From: a bacterium
GTDB lineage: Bacteria; Zhuqueibacterota; Zhuqueibacteria; Residuimicrobiales; Krinioviventaceae
Assembly: GCA_963693055.1 (NCBI GenBank)
Contig: OY843751.1
Span: 896,001 to 960,000, forward strand
Length of the DNA stretch: 64,000 bases
Direction: 5' to 3'
The notes beneath the pieces are model-generated. The model worked only from the letters and a program-made list of their open reading frames with translations, ran no database searches and had not been told where the DNA came from. Each line of letters begins with the position of its first letter. The stretch's first letter is position 1. Made by a program: the position numbers and the translations under genes. Below are positions 56,904-64,000 of the stretch, one piece after another.

Positions 56904-57865
56904 TGAAACTCATCATACAAATACCCTGCTTTAACGAAGAAAAGACCCTGCCGCAAACGCTGGCGGATCTTCCCAAATCCCTTGACGGAGTGGATGAAAT
57001 TGATCTGTTGATCATTGATGATGGCAGCACCGATGAAACGGTACGTGTTGCGCGTGAATTGGGCGTGCAGCATATTGTCAGCTTTCCGCAGAATAAAGGC
57101 CTTGCTATGGGGTTCAATGCCGGTATGGATGCCAGTTTAAAACTGGGCGCCGATATCATTGTCAATACCGATGCTGACAATCAATACAGCGGTGATGATA
57201 TTCAGGCATTGATTCAACCGATTCTGGACAAGAACGCGGAAATTGTGATTGGTGATCGGCAAACGGACCAAATTGCTCATTTTTCGTGGACGAAAAAGCG
57301 ATTACAAAAACTGGGCAGTCTGGTTGTTCGTCAGATATCCGGCACTTCGGTTCCGGATGCAACCAGTGGGTTCCGTGCTTTTTCACGTGAAGCCGCGTTA
57401 CGAATGAATATCGTATCTCAATTTACATATACCCTTGAAACCATTATTCAGGCCGGCAAAAAGAATTTAATTGTTACCGATGTACCTGTCCGTACCAATG
57501 AAAAAACCCGCGAGTCCAAGTTGTTTCGCAGCAATAAAGAGTATATACGTCGTTCTATTTCTACCATGCTGCGTATTTATGCCATGTATGAGCCTATGAA
57601 ATTGTTTTCGCTGATTGGCGGCATTTTGTTTATGGGCGGCTTTTTGATTGGTTTGCGTTTTCTCTATTTTTATTTTTTTGTTTCAGGGATGGGGCATATT
57701 CAATCTTTGATTCTGGCTGCTGTTCTGTTGATCGTTGGATTTCAGGTGCTGGTTATTGGTTTGCTGGCTGATATTATCGGTTCAAATCGCCAATTGATAG
57801 AAAATGTTTTATACCGTGTGCGTAAAATGGAATCGGATGGTTTTCGCAATAAAAGGGGAGAGTGA
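56903..57865 (+). CDS. GT2, polyprenol-phosphate glycosyltransferase-like
   Basis: IPCFNEE, DDGS, TDADNQY, DATSGFRA and FTYTLE motifs; C-terminal TMs. Confidence 0.9.
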   Translation: MKLIIQIPCFNEEKTLPQTLADLPKSLDGVDEIDLLIIDDGSTDETVRVARELGVQHIVSFPQNKGLAMGFNAGMDASLKLGADIIVNTDADNQYSGDDIQALIQPILDKNAEIVIGDRQTDQIAHFSWTKKRLQKLGSLVVRQISGTSVPDATSGFRAFSREAALRMNIVSQFTYTLETIIQAGKKNLIVTDVPVRTNEKTRESKLFRSNKEYIRRSISTMLRIYAMYEPMKLFSLIGGILFMGGFLIGLRFLYFYFFVSGMGHIQSLILAAVLLIVGFQVLVIGLLADIIGSNRQLIENVLYRVRKMESDGFRNKRGE

Positions 57866-59055
57866 TACGGTTGGGCAAAGACGGTAAAATGAACATATAT
57901 ATGATAGGTCCCACATATCCGTATCGTGGTGGTATTGCGCACTATACTACACTTTTGTTTCGGGAATTTAGAAAAAAACACAATGTAACCCTCTGTGCTG
58001 TCAAACGACAGTACCCTATGTGGTTGTATCCCGGAGAGACCGACAAAGATCCCAGTAAAGAATATCTTACTGAAGAGGGTATAGAATACATGCTGGATTC
58101 CATGAATCCACTGACTTGGTTCAAGATCATTGCGCATATCCGCAAGACAAAACCAGATGTAGTTATTATTCCCTGGTGGGTCACTTTTTGGACTATACAA
58201 TACTGGACAATCTGTGCAGCGATTCACTGGTTCAAGTTGTCAAAAGTTTTATTTGTTTGCCACAATGTGGTAGAGCATGAATCGAGCAAGCTCAAAACTT
58301 TTTTGACTCGTATTGTATTGAGTAAAGGTGACTGTTTTCTGGTCCATTCCGGCGAAGTCAAAGATACCCTGCTGAAATTACTTCCTAATGCAAGAATTGG
58401 TGTCAAAGGGCACCCAAAGTATGATTTTTTCAAGACTGCTCAAACGGATCGTGATGCTCAACGTGAAAAATATGGATATGAACCGGATGATCTGGTGCTG
58501 CTGTTTTTTGGTTTTGTACGCAAGTATAAAGGTGTTCCGGTGTTGCTGGATGCAATGAAAACACTGGCACCCAAATATAAAAATATAAAATTGTTACTCG
58601 TTGGAGAAGCCTGGCACGAAGAAGAGACGGTTATTGAAGAAAAAATCGCCAGCTATGGACTTGAGAATAAAGTCGTTAGGGTAAATGCCTATGTGCCCAA
58701 TGAAGATGTGCAATTGTATTTCAACGCATCGGATGTGGCTGTTTTTCCATATTCTACTGCTACTGCAAGCGGGGCATTGCAAATTGCTTTGGCGATGAAT
58801 GTGCCTGTAATTGCCACTCGTATGAGTTGTTTTGAAGAAATTGTAGATGTGAATGAATCAGGATTTATTATTCCCCCTGATGATCCCAAAGCAATTGTAG
58901 ATGCTGTAGAAAAATTTATGAATGATGGTGAAATAAACCGTCAACTGATTCAGGATATGAAGGCCCATATCAGCAAGCAGAACAAGCAGGTCGATTGGGA
59001 AGAAATGGCTGATTTTTTGACAGAACTGGTGGAAAGTGGAACCCATGCCGATTGA
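57862..59055 (+). CDS. Glycosyltransferase family 4 (alternative start at ATG 57889)
   Basis: GPTYPYRGGIAHY, HNV.EHE, FFGFVRKYKG and PY..ATASG motifs. Confidence 0.9.
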   Translation: MIRLGKDGKMNIYMIGPTYPYRGGIAHYTTLLFREFRKKHNVTLCAVKRQYPMWLYPGETDKDPSKEYLTEEGIEYMLDSMNPLTWFKIIAHIRKTKPDVVIIPWWVTFWTIQYWTICAAIHWFKLSKVLFVCHNVVEHESSKLKTFLTRIVLSKGDCFLVHSGEVKDTLLKLLPNARIGVKGHPKYDFFKTAQTDRDAQREKYGYEPDDLVLLFFGFVRKYKGVPVLLDAMKTLAPKYKNIKLLLVGEAWHEEETVIEEKIASYGLENKVVRVNAYVPNEDVQLYFNASDVAVFPYSTATASGALQIALAMNVPVIATRMSCFEEIVDVNESGFIIPPDDPKAIVDAVEKFMNDGEINRQLIQDMKAHISKQNKQVDWEEMADFLTELVESGTHAD

Positions 59056-59944
59056 CAAGAACCAAAAACCGGATATCTCTGTAATCATTCCCTCTTTTAA
59101 TCACGAGCATTACATTGTAAATATGCTGCAATCGCTTGAAAAGCAGGAAACAGATTATAATTACCAGTTGATTGTTGTTGACAGTGGTACTGATAATTCT
59201 GCGTCTATTATCAGCGAGCGTTTTCCCTGGGTGGAACTGGTGCGTTCAAAAGAACGTTTGTATCCCGGACAGGGCCGCAACAAGGGAGTAGAGCTGGCTG
59301 GTTCTAATATTATTGCATTTACAGATACCGATTGTACCATCAGCCCCGGTTGGGTTCAGAATATGGTTAATGGGCATAAGGATGGTAAAAATCTGCTGGT
59401 TGGTCCGGTATTGAACGGTACGCCAAAAAGTATAATCGGTACGGTTGATTATTTGCTGGAATTTTTTGATTCCTGGAACACGAAGGATGGCATTAAAATC
59501 GGTCCTGTAGGTACCGTGAATGTATGTTTTGACCGTTCCATATTTGAAACCTATGGGCCGTTGGATGGGTTTGTCAAAGGAAGTGACAGCCGGTTTTTTC
59601 GTAAAGTACTGGATGCGGGTGAGACAATATACTGGTTAAAAGGAATGAGTGTAACGCATCATAATCGTACCAAATTCAAAGTAGTGATGCGAAATCAGTA
59701 TCACCTGGGGCTAGGTGCCGCTGCTACTGGCAAAGTGCACAAGTCCCGCGCTCAGTTTATGATGAATTACCCGATTTTCATTCCGCTTATTCCGTTTATG
59801 AGGTTCATCCGTATTGGCTGGATATTATTGCGAAAAGCACCACTGAAGCATTTTATATTATATATTTTATTATCTCCACTCATCATGTTGGGATTGGTTG
59901 TACATGCAACCGGGTTTGTCGCCGGTGCGCTCAAAAAATCATAA
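59045..59944 (+). CDS. Glycosyltransferase family 2
   Basis: SVIIPSFN, VVDSG, GRNKG and FTDTDC motifs; C-terminal hydrophobic segment; ATG at 59045. Confidence 0.88.
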   Translation: MPIDKNQKPDISVIIPSFNHEHYIVNMLQSLEKQETDYNYQLIVVDSGTDNSASIISERFPWVELVRSKERLYPGQGRNKGVELAGSNIIAFTDTDCTISPGWVQNMVNGHKDGKNLLVGPVLNGTPKSIIGTVDYLLEFFDSWNTKDGIKIGPVGTVNVCFDRSIFETYGPLDGFVKGSDSRFFRKVLDAGETIYWLKGMSVTHHNRTKFKVVMRNQYHLGLGAAATGKVHKSRAQFMMNYPIFIPLIPFMRFIRIGWILLRKAPLKHFILYILLSPLIMLGLVVHATGFVAGALKKS

Positions 59945-60001
59945 ATATCGATTGTTTTAATCTTGTACAAGGTTAATTTATTTTTTTTATAGAATTATAT
60001 A

Positions 60002-61300
60002 ATGAATAAAGAAACAAACGCTGCCAGGGTAGCATTTATTTTAAATTATTTTCCAGTCTTGTCAGAGACCTTTATCTTTTCCGAATTGGATGGATTGTAT
60101 TCACGCAACATTGATCTGGAAATTTTTTCTCTTTTCAGAAAAAGTGACAATAGCCCGGTACAAGACGCCGGTGAACTGGGAAACCGGACCACATATCTGT
60201 CAGATTATACCAAACCCTTGAATGTATTGTCAAGTCATCTCGTTTTTATGTTCAGCAGGCCTGTTCAATATTTTAAAACTCTTGCATTTGCTGTCCGTAA
60301 TGGTAATCCTGGGTATGTGCTTGGAGCAGTTTTTAAATATTTGGTTTTGCACAAAGGTGATCGAAAAAAAATACCCTACAATGTACGCCAGGATTTGTTC
60401 ATTCATTTTATTCTGGCTGTTCCTTTTGCGCGGATCATGAAAAAGAAACAATTTAACCTGATTCATGGTCATTTTGCCGATGCTGCTACCAGCTTTGCCA
60501 TGTTGATCTCTAAACTGTGCAATATACCATTCAGCTTTACCACGCATGCTACGGATTTGTTTGTAAGACCGGTATTGCTGTCGTTGAAAGTTAAAAATGC
60601 AAAGTTTGTCCTAACCTGTACGGAATATAACAAGAATTATATTGTTGAAAATATTAAAGATATCCCCAAAGATAAAGTGATTCTCAACTATCATGGCGTT
60701 GCTGTTGAAAAATTTGTTCAAGATGCAAAGCAAAAGAACACTATCCCGGTAATATTTACAGTTGGCAGGCTTGTTGAGAAAAAAGGATTTGATGTATTGT
60801 TGCGGGCATGCAAGATACTCAAAGAACAGGGAATAAAAGCTCGTTGCAAAATTGCCGGGCAAGGACCACTTTGGGATGATTTACATGAGCAATGTTTAGA
60901 ATTGGGACTGGAAGTAGAATTTTTAGGTGCGGTATCTCATCAGGAAATGAAAGCGCTTTACCAAAATGCCGATATATTTGCGTTACCTTGCAGAATTGCA
61001 AAAAACGGTGACCGCGACGGCATTCCCAATGTTATTGCAGAAGCTATGTCTATGGAACTGCCGGTTGTTTCAACATATGTGTCTGGAATTCCGGAAGTTA
61101 TTGAATCCGGGAAAAGCGGATTTTTGGTTGATCCCAATGATCCGGTTGCTCTCGCTCAGGCATTTAAATACCTGATTGAAAATCCTGAAATCCGTAATGA
61201 TATCGGTCTACAGGCAAGAAATAATATTACATCGGTATTTAATAAATCTGAAAAAATCGATGAACTGGTCGAAATTTTCCGGAAGCAGCTCGGAGAATAG
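60002..61300 (+). CDS. Glycosyltransferase family 4 (WcaL-like)
   Basis: FPVLSETFI, HGHFA, GRLVEKKG and DGIPNVIAEAM motifs. Confidence 0.9.
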   Translation: MNKETNAARVAFILNYFPVLSETFIFSELDGLYSRNIDLEIFSLFRKSDNSPVQDAGELGNRTTYLSDYTKPLNVLSSHLVFMFSRPVQYFKTLAFAVRNGNPGYVLGAVFKYLVLHKGDRKKIPYNVRQDLFIHFILAVPFARIMKKKQFNLIHGHFADAATSFAMLISKLCNIPFSFTTHATDLFVRPVLLSLKVKNAKFVLTCTEYNKNYIVENIKDIPKDKVILNYHGVAVEKFVQDAKQKNTIPVIFTVGRLVEKKGFDVLLRACKILKEQGIKARCKIAGQGPLWDDLHEQCLELGLEVEFLGAVSHQEMKALYQNADIFALPCRIAKNGDRDGIPNVIAEAMSMELPVVSTYVSGIPEVIESGKSGFLVDPNDPVALAQAFKYLIENPEIRNDIGLQARNNITSVFNKSEKIDELVEIFRKQLGE

Positions 61301-61301
61301 G

Positions 61302-62129
61302 GTGACCGATGATACATATCTGATAGTCAATGCAGATGATTTTGGACTTACCCCGGCTATTACACAGGGTACCATTAAAAGTATAGCTGATGGCTTAGTA
61401 AACAGTGTATCTATTGCAGCCAACGGCAGTGATTTGGAAAACGCCTGCAATTTTTTAAAAGACCACCCGAAAATCTCTCCGGGTTGGCATATTAACCTGA
61501 CATCCGGAAAGCCAATCAGCGGTAGTTCAGACAGGCATCTCTTTAAAGGCAAGAACAAGCTGTTTGCAGCAGAACTATTGAACCAATTGGATGTTGATTC
61601 GATTAAAAGTGAATTGTTTGCACAATGGAACCAGTTGAATGCATGGGGTTTAAATATTACCCATGTAGACAGTCATCATGATATTCACTTTATGCCCCAA
61701 TTGCGTGGATTGATTGTTGAATTTATCAAAGAGTTGGGTATTCCTTTTTTAAGGTATTCCGGTTCTCGATTGTATAAAATGCCGGTTACAAAAATCATAA
61801 AAAATGGAATAGAATTCGGAATAACAAATTGTATTTTAAGGTTATTTTCGATAAAAGGAACTCATGATGTTGATTTTATTCAATTTCGTGAGTTATATCA
61901 ATCCCCAAATAAAGCAGAGATATTACATTTATATATAAACCGGTTAAAACCGGGAACAACACTTTGGATTTGCCACCCGGGTTATGCAGATCCGGAAAAT
62001 CCAATGAACTTGAACTATAATCATTCAAGACAACTTGAAACAGAGGCGTTATGCCTTGACTCTGTTCGTAAAGCACTGAACGAAAATAATATTAAATTGG
62101 TAAATTTCAGAGACGTAATGTATGCTTGA
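61302..62129 (+). CDS. ChbG/YdjC family carbohydrate deacetylase
   Basis: IVNADDFG, GWHINL, HVDSHH and ICHPG motifs; GTG at 61302 after a GGAG RBS. Confidence 0.88.
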   Translation: MTDDTYLIVNADDFGLTPAITQGTIKSIADGLVNSVSIAANGSDLENACNFLKDHPKISPGWHINLTSGKPISGSSDRHLFKGKNKLFAAELLNQLDVDSIKSELFAQWNQLNAWGLNITHVDSHHDIHFMPQLRGLIVEFIKELGIPFLRYSGSRLYKMPVTKIIKNGIEFGITNCILRLFSIKGTHDVDFIQFRELYQSPNKAEILHLYINRLKPGTTLWICHPGYADPENPMNLNYNHSRQLETEALCLDSVRKALNENNIKLVNFRDVMYA

Positions 62130-64000
62130 TGCACAAAAAAATAACCGGTATTCTTTATATATTGCTGTTTTGCTGTTGACCGGGCTGCTTGTACGTATTG
62201 GCTTGCTCTATATCAGATGGATCAACCCTGATGAGGGCGCCCATATGATGGATGCCCGCATGGTTCTTGATGGATTGCTTCCCATCGTGGATTATGAGTC
62301 ACGTCAGCCTTTTTATGTATTTTCCATTGCGTTATTGTTCAAAGTGTTTGGTGTACACTATTGGGTGGGAAGGCTGCTGCCTATGATTGCAACTTTGGGC
62401 ACAGGATTCATGATGTATCTTATTGGCCGACGAATGTTTAATGATATTGTCGGTTTGTTGGCTTCTGCGGTGTACCTGTTTCTGCCCTTGTCTCTGGCTT
62501 GGTCAGTTATTGTGAAAAGCGAAACCCTTGCGGTGTTTTTAGGGAGTATTAGTATCTTTTTCGTTCTCAGGGCTGTCGATCAAAATGTTCGTAATGCAGG
62601 CTGGATGATGCTTGCCGGTATGTTTTCCGCGCTTGCCTATTACTCCAGGCAGCTATCAATCTATTTACCGGTAATCATAATATTGTATTTTCTAATCCGT
62701 AAAGATATGAGGTCGGGGCAAAAAGCTGCACTGATCTTTCAATACATACTGGGATACCTGGCTATTTGTGTGACCTTTGGCGGCTTTTTTATGCAATCCA
62801 TGGGTTTACAAGAAGTTTTATTTTCACAATTGAATCCATTAAACCTGGTATATTTTAATATTTTGCACATTTTTGGAGCACTGCCGCAAGAGTTACAAGT
62901 TGCTGAAAGCAGCGGTATACGTGTATTAAATCAGGATATTCAGATTACCATTACCCAATGGGAACATATCTTTTATTTTACCCTATACATCCTGGTGGGT
63001 GCTTTTGCAGTAGGTGTAAGAATCTTTATGGGCAGCAATAATAAAAATACTATCAAAGCTGCAATTCAGGAAAAACGCTATAATTATATTTTGCTGCTCT
63101 TGTGGATTGTTTTTGTAACATTACCTTACATTGCTCAATCCTTTGTACGTGGATTCTATACATCGTATTTTATGGAGTTTTTGCCTCCGTTAATTTTACT
63201 TGCTTCTGTCTATTTTGAGGTCGTATATCGTAAAGTCGGTTTGGAATTTTTCAAATTTATGGGCCTGGCGCTGGTTGGCTATTATTTCTTTTTCTTTTTA
63301 CAAAAAGCCATGTGGAAGTTTTATCCCGGGGTGGGCGTCTATATGTTGTTAGGTGCTATTGTAGCCAGTTTTGGATTGTATTTCTTTTCAAGAAAATGGG
63401 ATTTAAAGGTCTTGTTTGTACTGAATCTGGCTTCCACTATGATTATTGGTATATTGAATTATAGTTTGGTGGTAGCTGGTCTTAATCAATTGTTGGCGCT
63501 TTTAATTACCATGTTTGTACTTTATTTTGTAATCAAATATCTCACAGTTCGTTTGGTATACTATGGAGAGAAAAAGGCCATGGCCGCATTTGTCAGAATC
63601 TATATTGTGATTGTGGCTTTTGTTATTTCCGGTGCATTTTCAGGCTTACATATTGGTCCCAAATACAACAGTGTATGGTCTCCCAAAACGGTTAATGCGG
63701 TTTCAAAGAAACTTGATGAATTAAGTCAGGCCAATGACCAGGTAATGAGCGGCGGTTCGATCTGGGGCGTCTCCCGGATTTTACATCCCTTTATGGGGAA
63801 AACCCATCCTACTGAATTCTTAAAACAAGCCTGGCCCGATTTTGAACAACAATTCCAAGAGAAAAGACCCCGCTTCATCGTAGTGGATGGGTATACCGAG
63901 AAAAAATTCTATCGCTTTTGGAGCATTATAGAAAAAGAAATACATGATAATTATGTCAAAGTGTCCGAGTATAAAGACAGCGAGTATCCTGTGATTCTCT
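62122..64000 (+). CDS. GT-C glycosyltransferase, ArnT/PMT (GT39)-like (runs off the window end)
   Basis: Not in the ORF track; translated by hand from ATG 62122: TM, WINPDEGAH (DE motif), DYESRQPFY, GRLLP, then many TMs. Confidence 0.8.
   Translation, partial: MLDAQKNNRYSLYIAVLLLTGLLVRIGLLYIRWINPDEGAHMMDARMVLDGLLPIVDYESRQPFYVFSIALLFKVFGVHYWVGRLLPMIATLGTGFMMYLIGRRMFNDIVGLLASAVYLFLPLSLAWSVIVKSETLAVFLGSISIFFVLRAVDQNVRNAGWMMLAGMFSALAYYSRQLSIYLPVIIILYFLIRKDMRSGQKAALIFQYILGYLAICVTFGGFFMQSMGLQEVLFSQLNPLNLVYFNILHIFGALPQELQVAESSGIRVLNQDIQITITQWEHIFYFTLYILVGAFAVGVRIFMGSNNKNTIKAAIQEKRYNYILLLLWIVFVTLPYIAQSFVRGFYTSYFMEFLPPLILLASVYFEVVYRKVGLEFFKFMGLALVGYYFFFFLQKAMWKFYPGVGVYMLLGAIVASFGLYFFSRKWDLKVLFVLNLASTMIIGILNYSLVVAGLNQLLALLITMFVLYFVIKYLTVRLVYYGEKKAMAAFVRIYIVIVAFVISGAFSGLHIGPKYNSVWSPKTVNAVSKKLDELSQANDQVMSGGSIWGVSRILHPFMGKTHPTEFLKQAWPDFEQQFQEKRPRFIVVDGYTEKKFYRFWSIIEKEIHDNYVKVSEYKDSEYPVIL

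Noticed and set aside
1-64000. CRISPR arrays, prophage or defence genes
   Set aside because: No regularly spaced repeats or recognisable phage, cas or defence proteins were seen.

Overview
AT-rich chromosomal window from a diderm bacterium. Gene content and protein styles suggest an FCB-affiliated lineage such as KSB1/Calditrichota; this is inference only. No mobile elements, CRISPR arrays or rRNA were seen. Positions 1-19.0 kb are entirely on the minus strand. They carry an eight-gene cluster resembling the core Agl-Glt trans-envelope motor: beta-barrel, two TPR proteins, a GltF-like protein, an ExbB/MotA-like subunit, two ExbD-like subunits and an FHA-TM-TonB_C protein. Next come a small Zn-ribbon/YbbR/tsaD/VWA unit and the housekeeping string BMC-H, ispE, tRNA-Gln, prs, rplY, pth, rpsF, ssb, rpsR, rplI. 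From 19.2 kb all genes are on the plus strand: lpxH-mreC-mreD-mrdA-rodA-lgt, an unusual beta-barrel/TSP3/Ig/C-terminal-helix protein with cpoB, and glgA. A >35 kb surface-glycan locus follows. It holds a STAS-HTH gene, wza/wzc-like genes, a priming transferase, many GT4/GT2 genes, modifying enzymes, two flippase-like proteins and two GT-C proteins. The locus starts behind a consensus sigma-54 promoter preceded by three helically phased TGT-N11-ACA boxes. A second sigma-54 promoter precedes a secreted glycoside-hydrolase-like protein inside the locus. Best candidates for new biology: the sigma-54/enhancer-controlled glycan system headed by a STAS-HTH protein, the Agl-Glt-like motor with one Asp-less stator subunit, and a possible OM-IM tether occupying the usual pal position.
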